Shown one piece after another: positions 19,671 to 28,202 of a stretch of DNA of 64,000 nt. The stretch lies in sequence record OR352946.1. One strand, written 5' to 3'. The notes under the pieces are model-generated. The model saw only the letters and a program-made list of their open reading frames with translations. It was not told where the DNA came from and did no database searches. Position numbers and translations under genes: made by a program. Numbering within the stretch: position 1 is the first letter of the stretch; every line of letters begins with the position of its first letter. This DNA comes from Escherichia phage AV116.

Positions 19671-19958
19671 CTAAAAGAAACTTTTTTCGGTATTTTTTCC
19701 ACTGAACCAAACCGACTTCGGGATTTTTTGTAATTTTTCAGATTTAAGTTTCTCTTCCTGCTCTTTCTTATATACACCCTTGTCGTACTGGAGCATCTCT
19801 ATGGCATTCTTTTGCAAACAATCTAAGGTAATTAAGGCTTTAGTTTTTCCTTTCAAGGAAGAGTCCTGGCGAACCTCCTCGCTATATTGCATCGTAGAAC
19901 TAACCATACGATGAGCATAGAGTTCGACTGCTGCTTTAATTTTTTGCATAAAATCCAT
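19671..19958 (-). CDS. hypothetical protein
   Basis: 95 aa; AAGAGGA SD upstream of ATG at 19958. Confidence 0.4.
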   Translation of the reverse strand: MDFMQKIKAAVELYAHRMVSSTMQYSEEVRQDSSLKGKTKALITLDCLQKNAIEMLQYDKGVYKKEQEEKLKSEKLQKIPKSVWFSGKNTEKSFF

Positions 19959-20096
19959 AACATATCCTCTTTGATTTGTACATCATTATTTTTAAATATT
20001 TCTATGCCCTCAGTAGGTTCCTGGTGTCCTTCTTTGAGGTAAGCCATATGATTATTCATCTTTATGGCTTTTGTTACCTCAGAACTTCCTATAAGC

Positions 20097-21077
20097 TTAT
20101 TTCAGTAAAGTTACTTCGGAGATTTCTTCCCAACCATCTTTATCAGTTGAAATAAAATCTGCTACATAAAGAGCCGTACGTAATGATACATTGCGAAGAC
20201 GAGATACGTTAGCCTTCATCCAGGACAATGCTTTATACGTTTCTGCATCCGTCAGACCACGTTTCTGCATCATGTCAGTAGATAATATTACATCTTCAAC
20301 TCGAACCATAATCTCTTCATTAGAGTGTACTCCAAGGTCGAGATACACTGAACGAGATACTAAAGCTTGAAGGTGTGGAGCAAGTTTCGAACCGCGTTCT
20401 AACTCTTTATCGATATCAACGTTTGTAATGAAAACGATAGTACCTTCAAACTCAAATTCTTTATCAATACCCTTATCATCGAGATAAGATGACGCAGTGC
20501 TCCAACAAACTTTGCGTTTATCTCCGGTATCTAATGCTGCTTTAAGAAGATTCAAGATGTCCATATCTGAGAATACGTCAACGTCGTCGATTAAGAGAAC
20601 GCTGTCTGCATCACGGTTGAGCCAAAGTTGTTCGTAAAGGCCAATACCAGAGATTTTACCATTAATACTTTTGTATTTGATGAAACCATTATCATTAGCA
20701 TTATTAAGTGCTTTATCCAGAGAATACGTCTTACCAATACCTGCTGCACCTGAAATAATGAGTGAACGAATTTTGCCATCAATAATGCCATTCGTCATCA
20801 TGTTCATTACTTTAAAGCGTTTGTTGATACGAGTTTTCATATCTTCAGTGCTTTCAGCAACTGCAACTGGTGATGTCTCAACTCCTTCCATTACGATGTC
20901 TGATTTGAAGACCCATACTCCACGTTCAGAACCATCAATCATAACGAAAATTTTACCATCACCTAAGTGGGAACATTCAGGATTAAGCTTTGCCGGGAAC
21001 CAGGTCTTTGTGGCAACATAAGAACCAGAGATTTCGTTATTACGATAGATACCTTTTTTGATTTGAACGTTGAACAT
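20097..21077 (-). CDS. P-loop ATPase (AAA-like) with N-terminal extra domain
   Basis: Walker A GAAGIGKT, Walker B LLIDDVD; ATG at 21077 with GGAGAA SD. Confidence 0.6.
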   Translation of the reverse strand: MFNVQIKKGIYRNNEISGSYVATKTWFPAKLNPECSHLGDGKIFVMIDGSERGVWVFKSDIVMEGVETSPVAVAESTEDMKTRINKRFKVMNMMTNGIIDGKIRSLIISGAAGIGKTYSLDKALNNANDNGFIKYKSINGKISGIGLYEQLWLNRDADSVLLIDDVDVFSDMDILNLLKAALDTGDKRKVCWSTASSYLDDKGIDKEFEFEGTIVFITNVDIDKELERGSKLAPHLQALVSRSVYLDLGVHSNEEIMVRVEDVILSTDMMQKRGLTDAETYKALSWMKANVSRLRNVSLRTALYVADFISTDKDGWEEISEVTLLK

Positions 21078-21116
21078 TTTATTCTCCAAATTTACTCATT
21101 TCGTTTCGATAGGTCT

Positions 21117-21145
21117 ATAATAACATGTTTAAAGCAAAAGTAAAC
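21117..21145 (-). promoter_or_regulatory. T4-type early promoter-like element
   Basis: minus strand GTTTAC-N17-TATTAT. Confidence 0.5.
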
Positions 21146-21147
21146 AA

Positions 21148-21366
21148 TTATTTGCGACGAGTTTTTTTGGTAAGAGGTTGAAAGAACACTGCTTTACCAG
21201 CAGGAGTCAAAGTGACTCGTAATGCATTACCGATTCCCAAGGATGCTTTAACCAGACCTTTAGATTTCAGTTCACCGAATGCTTGACGTTGGTCTGCATC
21301 ACGAGTGTTAACCATAAGACCTTTATCACCAGCTTCACGAATCATTTCTAACATTTTGGTTTTCAT
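21148..21366 (-). CDS. hypothetical small protein
   Basis: 72 aa from ATG at 21366 (MKTKMLEM...) with GAGGAG SD. Confidence 0.45.
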   Translation of the reverse strand: MKTKMLEMIREAGDKGLMVNTRDADQRQAFGELKSKGLVKASLGIGNALRVTLTPAGKAVFFQPLTKKTRRK

Positions 21367-21452
21367 TTTGTTCTCCTCTTGTTTTGATAGGTCTATAATA
21401 ACATATCCTAAAAGCATGTACACTACTTTTTAAAAATATTTGACCCCCTAAA

Positions 21453-21466
21453 GGGCCCGAAGGCCC
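21453..21466 (-). terminator. GC hairpin GGGCC-ttcg-GGCCC downstream of the nucleotidyltransferase gene
   Basis: perfect 5-bp GC stem with tetraloop immediately after the stop codon; weak U-run. Confidence 0.4.
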
Positions 21467-21469
21467 TTA

Positions 21470-22459
21470 TCATTTATAGTATGAATTGTGGTTTTCTAAG
21501 TAGACTTGCTCAAGAAAGTCATCCCAGAAACTCATATCTACTTTTTGTTGCATACCGTTCTTAGCGGCTTGTTCCGATGCTTGTTCAACTTGGTCAACGA
21601 TATCTTCTAGGAATTCTTGTACAGTTTTAAACGTATGTTTACCAAGCTTAACATCGAGAATAAATGGAGCATCCTGAAGTGGGTAAACCAGGTCGCCGGT
21701 TTTGTAAATTTCCAATAATTGAAGTCCACCACGACATGCATGACTCAATGCTTTCCAATCAATACCTTCATTGGCTTCAGCCTTACGAGCACGTTCACCA
21801 TAGTTCTCTTCCAGTTTAACCAGGATGGCATTGAACTCTTTGTTAGTTAACGTATCTTGGAATTTACGGTCCAACAGACTATAAAATGTTTGCTTACCTG
21901 TTTTCTCGTTTTCGGTTTCAACCCATGAAGCAAATTCACCTACAGGCAGAACATTCTTCATATGTGATAAACGAATTACTGCACCATTATCAAAGTATTG
22001 TCCCCATTCATTAGAACGTTTAAGGGCTTGACGAAGAACAGCCAGTCGAGAACCCTTGACACCGTATTTAGAAGCTTGCTTACGGACATACCCTAAATAA
22101 GATTTCATGTTAGTAGTATAGAAACGAGACCTGTTATCTTGAATATACTTCCATACATCAGGCAAATCAGATTTAACTACTAGACTTTGTGGAGTGTGAA
22201 GCATATCTAATGCGACGGTTTCACCATCCGCAGCTAGTTTAAAGAAATATTTGAGACTGTACAACTCATGGTCCACGTCGTCTTTTGTGTTCTTAGAAGA
22301 TGTGTTATTCGTGTTCTTGCTCATGTGTTCTTTAACGTTACCGGTCAAAATATCACGAGCATGAGGGACATAAATTTCTTTAAAATCGATGTCAGATTCA
22401 GGAGTAGACGTTCCATAAAGGTGGCTGCCAAAGTAGCCTTTCATAATTGTTTTCATCAT
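21470..22459 (-). CDS. Pol-beta superfamily nucleotidyltransferase-like protein
   Basis: N-terminal YFGSHLYGTSTPESDIDF fits the GS-x9-DxD nucleotidyltransferase signature; 329 aa. Confidence 0.55.
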   Translation of the reverse strand: MMKTIMKGYFGSHLYGTSTPESDIDFKEIYVPHARDILTGNVKEHMSKNTNNTSSKNTKDDVDHELYSLKYFFKLAADGETVALDMLHTPQSLVVKSDLPDVWKYIQDNRSRFYTTNMKSYLGYVRKQASKYGVKGSRLAVLRQALKRSNEWGQYFDNGAVIRLSHMKNVLPVGEFASWVETENEKTGKQTFYSLLDRKFQDTLTNKEFNAILVKLEENYGERARKAEANEGIDWKALSHACRGGLQLLEIYKTGDLVYPLQDAPFILDVKLGKHTFKTVQEFLEDIVDQVEQASEQAAKNGMQQKVDMSFWDDFLEQVYLENHNSYYK

Positions 22460-22929
22460 TTAGCCTTATATTCAAGAGTAGGACAGACTTTTTCTTTACG
22501 AGCTTTAAGGTATTCGCCTATTAATGATTTCTTACGTTCAATAGGCTCAAGTCCATTTTTAATTCGTTCTTGGTTTTGTGCAATGAGCTCAATTTCTTTA
22601 TAATATTTTCTGTCGTTATATTTGTCTAACAACCAAGACGGACCAATTACCAACCCGGTAGCAATAAAAGCCATGACTGCCACCATTAAAATGCCTACAC
22701 CAATTGAAGCTGGAACTAATGTCCATAGACTGCTAAAAACAAAGAATTTAGTTAAAATTTCCTGGCCAATGATTGTGACTGCTGCTAAAATAGCAAATCC
22801 AATAATTGAAACGGCCAATACCGGGATTAACGTTTTCCAAAAATAAGCACACAACGTTTTCGGCCGATTCCATGTACTATTGAACGCGGCATAAATTTTA
22901 AAATGCCAAGAGTTTTCATTGATAATCAT
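22456..22929 (-). CDS. membrane protein
   Basis: 157 aa with 3-4 hydrophobic helices. Confidence 0.5.
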   Translation of the reverse strand: MIINENSWHFKIYAAFNSTWNRPKTLCAYFWKTLIPVLAVSIIGFAILAAVTIIGQEILTKFFVFSSLWTLVPASIGVGILMVAVMAFIATGLVIGPSWLLDKYNDRKYYKEIELIAQNQERIKNGLEPIERKKSLIGEYLKARKEKVCPTLEYKAK

Positions 22930-22938
22930 AATAATTCC

Positions 22939-23469
22939 TTATTTCAAAGTCGGGATAATGGAATCAAGATAAGCTTTAAGAGCAACTGCTTCATCTTTGT
23001 CTAATGTAATGATATGTTGACGAAGGTCATCAATTTGACGAATAACTACGACATCACCGTCTTCATAAGAAGGATTAACGCCTAGGACTGTTGTATAGTC
23101 AGGGCGGTCCTGATTTGTAATAAAAGCATTACGGCATTTAGCCCATTGAAGTTTGGCCTTTTTGGCTGTTTCAGATTCAATGAATTCTTTCACCTTAGCG
23201 ACAAATGTTTTCCAATTATTAATAGAAAAACATTCATCTTCGGTTTCGATATTAACCCCACTATAAAGTCCGTGATAAAAACGAACTTGAAGGTCTTCAT
23301 CAATGTTAATTACAGATGCATGACCAGGTGGATTGAGTTTCAAAATCTTGTCTAGTTCCATAGGAAGAATAGTAACAACATCATCTTCTTGCGTCAGAAC
23401 ATACGCATAACCACGTTTTTCGATACATAAATCGCCAAACAACTCGGTTGTTTCAATTACAGTTTTCAT
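22939..23469 (-). CDS. hypothetical protein
   Basis: ATG at 23469 (MKTVIETT...). Confidence 0.45.
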   Translation of the reverse strand: MKTVIETTELFGDLCIEKRGYAYVLTQEDDVVTILPMELDKILKLNPPGHASVINIDEDLQVRFYHGLYSGVNIETEDECFSINNWKTFVAKVKEFIESETAKKAKLQWAKCRNAFITNQDRPDYTTVLGVNPSYEDGDVVVIRQIDDLRQHIITLDKDEAVALKAYLDSIIPTLK

Positions 23470-23481
23470 ATTATTCACCAA

Positions 23482-23646
23482 TTAAAGTTTCAACAAAATT
23501 CACCAAAGCATCCTGGCAAGCATCAACCTGATTTTCATAAAAGTCTCCGTTATCATTTACCGCGTGATAAGCTACAACATTCAAATCTGAATCGGCTTCA
23601 CGTAGGTCACGGATAAGGTCCATCAATTTATTAGCTTGTTCACGGG
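23482..23646 (-). CDS. small ORF (54 aa), hand-translated, not in ORF track
   Basis: MTREQANKLMDLIRDLREADSDLNVVAYHAVNDNGDFYENQVDACQDALVNFVETLIGE; ATGA-coupled to upstream small ORF. Confidence 0.3.
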
Positions 23647-23769
23647 TCATTTTACCATACTCGTTTCAATAAGATTCACTATGCCGTTTACCATGTTATA
23701 AGTAAACATCGGATAATTGTATTGTATCACAACGTATACGATAAGCAAAAGTTTCATTTTGTTCTCCAT
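23647..23769 (-). CDS. small hydrophobic ORF (40 aa), hand-translated, not in ORF track
   Basis: MENKMKLLLIVYVVIQYNYPMFTYNMVNGIVNLIETSMVK; GGAGAAC SD; directly downstream of a promoter module. Confidence 0.3.
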   Translation of the reverse strand: MENKMKLLLIVYVVIQYNYPMFTYNMVNGIVNLIETSMVK

Positions 23770-23786
23770 TTGTTTTGATAGGACTA

Positions 23787-23815
23787 CTATAACATAGTCC
23801 TATCAAGATGTAAAC
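23787..23815 (-). promoter_or_regulatory. T4-type early promoter-like element inside hairpin GATAGGACTA..TAGTCCTATC
   Basis: minus strand GTTTAC-N17-TTATAG; -10 flanked by 10-bp inverted repeat. Confidence 0.5.
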
Positions 23816-24048
23816 TACCGATTATGTTTTAAATGTTGATAAAGTTCTTCAACTTGTTTAGGGTCCAAAACAATTAGGTCATTTTCTTGGCGAAGATAAA
23901 TCCATCCCTTATCTCCAGGACCATTTTTACAAAACATCACCACCATATCATCATCTTCAGCGCTTTCAGGTAAAAGTTCAAGTACACCGTCTTCAGATTT
24001 TCCAGTATAATCGTAAAGCATAATATCCTCACATAATCTCGTTAACAT
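23815..24048 (-). CDS. hypothetical acidic protein
   Basis: 77 aa ORF. Confidence 0.4.
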   Translation of the reverse strand: MLTRLCEDIMLYDYTGKSEDGVLELLPESAEDDDMVVMFCKNGPGDKGWIYLRQENDLIVLDPKQVEELYQHLKHNR

Positions 24049-24208
24049 ACATTTGCAATTCGGTGTGGGCGTCAGCCATCTTTTTCATAGCTCTGTTAAT
24101 GTCGATGTCTCCATCTTCGCAACCATGAGCATTTTCCCAATCAGATACCGCATTAGCGTACTCTTCAATCAAAAACATTAACTTAGAAATTTTTTCTTTA
24201 CGTGACAT
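24029..24208 (-). CDS. hypothetical small protein
   Basis: ATG at 24208 (MSRKEKISK...) with GAGGAGAAC SD. Confidence 0.4.
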   Translation of the reverse strand: MSRKEKISKLMFLIEEYANAVSDWENAHGCEDGDIDINRAMKKMADAHTELQMYVNEIM

Positions 24209-24235
24209 AACGTTCTCCTCTAGTAAGTAAGGTTT

Positions 24236-24264
24236 ACTATAACACAACCTGAGGAGAAGTAAAC
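24236..24264 (-). promoter_or_regulatory. T4-type early promoter-like element
   Basis: minus strand GTTTAC-N17-TATAGT. Confidence 0.5.
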
Positions 24265-24273
24265 TGATAGATG

Positions 24274-24303
24274 CCAAAAAGCCCCGACCTTTCGGAAGGG
24301 GCT
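24274..24303 (-). terminator. rho-independent terminator-like hairpin after rI
   Basis: AGCCCC..GGGGCT hairpin followed by UUUUU on minus-strand RNA. Confidence 0.55.
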
Positions 24304-24309
24304 AGTAAA

Positions 24310-24612
24310 TTAGATAGATGTAGGCTCTAATTTTATTTTCATGAACTCGGCAAATTGTCTGGCAGTTTTTATGCCTTGTTCATGACATTCAAATGCATCA
24401 TCACAGGGACTATTTTTGTAATGCTTTGCCATATACTTATAGAATTTTTCAGAATTCTCGACATTTTGAATTTCAAACAAAGTATATACGTTTTTAATCC
24501 CTGATTCCATAAAGTTATCAAAATATGGGTCGATATATGCAGTACCAACGATAGGAGTTGTTGCTGCAAAAAACCCCAGCATCGCCATGACAGCTATCGC
24601 TCTTAAGGCCAT
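24310..24612 (-). CDS. rI: lysis inhibition regulator RI (antiholin)
   Basis: 100 aa; N-terminal signal-anchor MALRAIAVMAMLGFFAA; resembles remembered T4 RI; position upstream of tk. Confidence 0.75.
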   Translation of the reverse strand: MALRAIAVMAMLGFFAATTPIVGTAYIDPYFDNFMESGIKNVYTLFEIQNVENSEKFYKYMAKHYKNSPCDDAFECHEQGIKTARQFAEFMKIKLEPTSI

Positions 24613-24624
24613 ATAGGCCTCCTG

Positions 24625-24837
24625 TTAATTTTGGCCAGTATTTATTTTTCGCCTTTGGACGGCCTTAACATCTGTGAGGTATTTTTCCAGCTTGCGCTTG
24701 CGTGTATAATCAGCTTTAGAACCAGTTTGACGGATATCCTCGTTTAAATGAGAAATAGAATGTCCTAATTCTCTTCGGATTTCATCCAATTGGGTTACAG
24801 TAAGATTACGAAGTTGTCTTTCGTTTAATTGCTGCAT
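24625..24837 (-). CDS. hypothetical protein (rI.1-position)
   Basis: 70 aa ORF. Confidence 0.4.
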   Translation of the reverse strand: MQQLNERQLRNLTVTQLDEIRRELGHSISHLNEDIRQTGSKADYTRKRKLEKYLTDVKAVQRRKINTGQN

Positions 24838-24864
24838 ATATACCTCTTGGTTAGATATTAGTAT

Positions 24865-25446
24865 TTATAACAACCCTGTCAAATCGTTCCAATGCTTCCG
24901 GCATAATGACACATATCTATCGGTATCACCAATTTCAATTTGACTGCCATCTGTAATTGGAAGTCCGTCTTCCGTGACTCTAGCTACCATTGTGGCCTTT
25001 TTACCACAATGACAAACACCTTTAAGTTCAACAAGTTTATCGGCAATAGCCATTAATGCTTGAGAACCTTCAAATAGATTACCTTTAAAATCTGTTCGTA
25101 GTCCATATGCCATTACCGGCACATTGTACACGTCAACAATACGACTAAGTTGATACACCTTTTCAGTAGTTAAGAACTGAGCTTCGTCAACAAATACACA
25201 ATGAATATCCTTTTGTGCTGCAGCCCATTTATAAAATTCAAAGATATCCATGTCTTTTGTAATTATATTGGCATCCTGACGAATACCAATACGAGAGACT
25301 ATTTCACCTTTTGAATCACGAGTATCAATAGCCGGTTTAAGAACTAATACACCCATGCCACGTTCTTTATAGTTATGTGCGGCAGTAAGTAATGAAGCAG
25401 ACTTACCAGCGTTCATAGCGGCATAGGTAAAAATTAAACTAGCCAT
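24865..25446 (-). CDS. tk: thymidine kinase
   Basis: 193 aa; P-loop AAMNAGKSASLL; C-terminal zinc ribbon CHCG...LCRKH. Confidence 0.95.
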   Translation of the reverse strand: MASLIFTYAAMNAGKSASLLTAAHNYKERGMGVLVLKPAIDTRDSKGEIVSRIGIRQDANIITKDMDIFEFYKWAAAQKDIHCVFVDEAQFLTTEKVYQLSRIVDVYNVPVMAYGLRTDFKGNLFEGSQALMAIADKLVELKGVCHCGKKATMVARVTEDGLPITDGSQIEIGDTDRYVSLCRKHWNDLTGLL

Positions 25447-25455
25447 AAGAGTCCC

Positions 25456-25638
25456 TTATAGTGAATTCACGTAGTCAATGAGTTCTTGTTCTTTCCTGTC
25501 AAATGATTCCAACAATGCTTGATATTCTTCGTCCGTCAAAGGAGCATATTCATCATACGCATTGGTGGCTGCTTGCTCATCCAATAGGTCATGGATAAGT
25601 TCAAACAGTTTAGTTTTCTCTTCTTTAGTCAATTTCAT
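25456..25638 (-). CDS. hypothetical acidic protein
   Basis: 60 aa ORF. Confidence 0.4.
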   Translation of the reverse strand: MKLTKEEKTKLFELIHDLLDEQAATNAYDEYAPLTDEEYQALLESFDRKEQELIDYVNSL

Positions 25639-26099
25639 TTAGGTTCCCAATCAACAATCACAATTTCTAGTTTAGTGGAATACGTATCTAAAATCTCTTC
25701 GATGACATCCCAGTTTCCACCACCAATACCTGCACCAATTCTTGGCATATAAATTACAGGCTTTGTTATCTTATTCTTTCCGAATTCATTTAATTCTATT
25801 ATACAATTCATTAAAGCAGAGTACTCAAAATTAGGTCCCGGCTCAAACTGTGTATAAAGATTAAAGCAATAAGCTTTATGGGTCTTAAAATATTTTTCAT
25901 AAACCGAATAAGTCCCGAGTTTAGACTTGTCTCCGAATTCGGTTTGAAGTTTATCGGCTTCCAGAATTTTTGGATAAGCCTTTGCTAATTGTCCTGCCAC
26001 ACCAGCGCCCATTGTATGAAAACAATTACACCCGTGAGCAATATTATTACCTTTAGAAAACAGGGCGACAATATCGCCCTTGATATAGTTTTTAATCAC
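25635..26099 (-). CDS. macro domain protein, TARG1/OARD1/DarG-like (putative ADP-ribosyl hydrolase)
   Basis: YIKGDIVALF...IAHGCNCFHTMGAGVAGQ and C-terminal YMPRIGAGIGGGNWDVIEEI align with remembered TARG1 motifs (YVKGDLF, LAHCIS..MGAGIA, MPRIGCGLD); probable GTG start at 26099 overlapping upstream stop (track start 26129 is TTG). Confidence 0.6.
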   Translation of the reverse strand: MIKNYIKGDIVALFSKGNNIAHGCNCFHTMGAGVAGQLAKAYPKILEADKLQTEFGDKSKLGTYSVYEKYFKTHKAYCFNLYTQFEPGPNFEYSALMNCIIELNEFGKNKITKPVIYMPRIGAGIGGGNWDVIEEILDTYSTKLEIVIVDWEPK

Positions 26100-26439
26100 T
26101 TGCTGCAAGTCCTCTAGTATAAGAGTCAACTAGACGGTCCACCATAGAATTGCATGCCGCCTTATCTTTAGGTTCCGCCACCGAGCATTCTAATATTTGC
26201 CATTTTTTATAGTATCTTTTAATTAAGGTAGACGCCTTGAACCTACTAGACGCCCCATCTTTTTCTCCGTCTTTATACGCATATAACAATTTTTGTGAAA
26301 AATCTACTTTACACTCTTGACTTTTACCACAATAATCAGACGCCGTTCTGTTTGTATACTCCGTTACATCAGTATATGTAGTATTAGCAAGAGCGTTAAA
26401 TGAAACCAAGCCAACTATTAAAGCCAACATTTTGGTCAT
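26092..26439 (-). CDS. secreted/periplasmic protein (positional equivalent of T4 vs)
   Basis: 115 aa; N-terminal signal peptide-like MTKMLALIVGLVSFNALA. Confidence 0.45.
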   Translation of the reverse strand: MTKMLALIVGLVSFNALANTTYTDVTEYTNRTASDYCGKSQECKVDFSQKLLYAYKDGEKDGASSRFKASTLIKRYYKKWQILECSVAEPKDKAACNSMVDRLVDSYTRGLAASD

Positions 26440-26978
26440 TCTTTTATTTCCAGTAGTTTATTTGATTTAAGGTAATTAGCCTTTTCTAGGACTTCAGAAG
26501 CATATTTACTTCCAGCACTTGTCTTCCATCCCGCATTATATGAGGATATGGCTTTCCTTATATCCCCGTTATGTATATTTAACCAATAAGAAAATTCGAT
26601 ATAAGCCCATCTGGCTGAATTAGACCGCTTAGATAGCATTTTCTTAATTTGGGCATCAGTCATATTATAACCAAGCTGGTTAATTCTTGCCCTCATTGTT
26701 GGTAGATAGTTTTGGAACATTCCATACGCATGGTGACCTTTCTTATCTTTAAGATTAATACCGGCAGATGATTCCTGCCATAGTATTGCGGCCATTATGT
26801 ATCCAAGTCCTTTCTTATGCATATTTTCATGCGTTTTAAATTTTCCGTCCTTAGAAAACTGTTCCCCAAACTGATAAGCATAATTCAAGTTATCGAGTTG
26901 GACATTACTAAAAGTATGCTCGGAGCTATGTGCTGATAACGAAAGAGCAAATAGACCAGCGAGTAGTGCTTTTCTCAT
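26436..26978 (-). CDS. secreted protein with lytic transglycosylase-like motif (vs.1-position)
   Basis: signal peptide MRKALLAGLFALSLSAHS; LWQESS motif reminiscent of SLT catalytic Glu-Ser. Confidence 0.45.
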   Translation of the reverse strand: MRKALLAGLFALSLSAHSSEHTFSNVQLDNLNYAYQFGEQFSKDGKFKTHENMHKKGLGYIMAAILWQESSAGINLKDKKGHHAYGMFQNYLPTMRARINQLGYNMTDAQIKKMLSKRSNSARWAYIEFSYWLNIHNGDIRKAISSYNAGWKTSAGSKYASEVLEKANYLKSNKLLEIKE

Positions 26979-26986
26979 GTTTACCT

Positions 26987-27445
26987 CTAGATTTTAATCA
27001 CTGCTTTAGAAGCTTTTCCTGGTAGTCGTTTACTGTTAATAATAGCCATTCTACATTGAAGAGTCTTCATTTTGAATGCCGGATTTTCGCGACAAACTGT
27101 AAGTCCTAACCAAAGATTTCCGTCAGTTATTTCTAAACGGCCTGGGCGATATTCGACACCTTCGACAAAATCTTCATCAACATCCGGACGTGCCGGCATT
27201 GATAAAAATTCTGCAACTTCTTTAACGTGATTTTTTACTTTATGAAATAATTCAAAAACGTAATTCTCATCTATTTCTCTCTGGATGGCACGATCTAAGA
27301 GATGTTGAGAATACTTGATATGAAAGCCTGGTAGTCCAAGAGACTTTGCAGCATCTTTTATACCGGCATTTATTTTGCGGAACTCCGTTTCAAAGATTCG
27401 ACGGAGTTTATTACGGCGGATAAAAACATCCGAATTGATAGTCAT
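26987..27445 (-). CDS. regB: site-specific RNA endonuclease RegB
   Basis: 152 aa; matches remembered T4 RegB (SQHLLDRAIQREID, EYRPGRLEITDGNLWLG). Confidence 0.75.
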   Translation of the reverse strand: MTINSDVFIRRNKLRRIFETEFRKINAGIKDAAKSLGLPGFHIKYSQHLLDRAIQREIDENYVFELFHKVKNHVKEVAEFLSMPARPDVDEDFVEGVEYRPGRLEITDGNLWLGLTVCRENPAFKMKTLQCRMAIINSKRLPGKASKAVIKI

Positions 27446-27473
27446 TTTGATTTCTCCTCTAGTTGACAGGTCT

Positions 27474-27502
27474 ATAGTAACACAACTAGAGGAGAAGTAA
27501 AC
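27474..27502 (-). promoter_or_regulatory. T4-type early promoter-like element upstream of regB
   Basis: minus strand GTTTAC-N17-TACTAT. Confidence 0.5.
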
Positions 27503-27506
27503 TACT

Positions 27507-27722
27507 TTATTGATAAAATGGAGTTAAAGCCCAGGATTCTTTAGATACTATATTGGCGAAATGCCTCATCTCTTCGATTTGGCGACGACGCTGGTCAGCA
27601 TAGTCTTCTTCGCCTTCTTCCTTACAGTCTTCAAGGTCTTCTTCAAGATACTTTAAGTATTCACTACAAATTTTGTTGACCTTTTCTTGGAAGTCCAATA
27701 ACCCAGTAATAGTAGAAGCCAT
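27507..27722 (-). CDS. hypothetical acidic protein (vs.3-position)
   Basis: 71 aa ORF. Confidence 0.45.
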   Translation of the reverse strand: MASTITGLLDFQEKVNKICSEYLKYLEEDLEDCKEEGEEDYADQRRRQIEEMRHFANIVSKESWALTPFYQ

Positions 27723-27988
27723 TAGTATTTTTCCTCAGGTCGAAATACCGCACGACATGCCCACATGCTGGCTTCTTTTAGATGTTGCTTAGCATACTTA
27801 AGAGCCTGCACTGCATCCATATCTTCTTTGGTTTGTTGCTCTGTTTCATTTTCTTTCAAGATATATGCTTCTTCAATCAGAGCATCAAACATCAATCCAA
27901 GACGGACTTCGGCATCTTTAATAGCGTTCACTTTACTGATTTTATCATCGGTATGCGGCTTGTAGCCTTTGATGTCTTCAATCGACAT
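27722..27988 (-). CDS. candidate anti-CBASS cyclic-oligonucleotide sponge Acb2 (vs.4-position)
   Basis: 89 aa from ATG at 27988 with AGGAAA SD; second ORF after regB, matching the T4 vs.4 slot and size class; sequence not verifiable from memory. Confidence 0.45.
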   Translation of the reverse strand: MSIEDIKGYKPHTDDKISKVNAIKDAEVRLGLMFDALIEEAYILKENETEQQTKEDMDAVQALKYAKQHLKEASMWACRAVFRPEEKY

Positions 27989-28202
27989 AAGGAATTTCCT
28001 CATCAGTGGCAAGGTCATATTCGACCAATTGGATAGGCTCATTAATACCATATCCACGTACAGTGATATCGGTTGACGGATAGTTTCCAGTAATATCACC
28101 CATTCTAAATGCTTCAATGAATGATTGCTCGCCTGAGCAACTAAACCAGGCGGCAAAACATTTTAAAACATCTTCAGACCCTTCTATAATCAATTTAGCC
28201 AT
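27978..28202 (-). CDS. hypothetical acidic protein (vs.5-position)
   Basis: 74 aa ORF. Confidence 0.4.
   Translation of the reverse strand: MAKLIIEGSEDVLKCFAAWFSCSGEQSFIEAFRMGDITGNYPSTDITVRGYGINEPIQLVEYDLATDEEIPYVD

Noticed and set aside
19853-20059. 68-aa minus-strand ORF overlapping 19671..19958
   Set aside because: Overlaps the better-supported ORF (which has a strong SD) by more than 100 nt and has no SD of its own.
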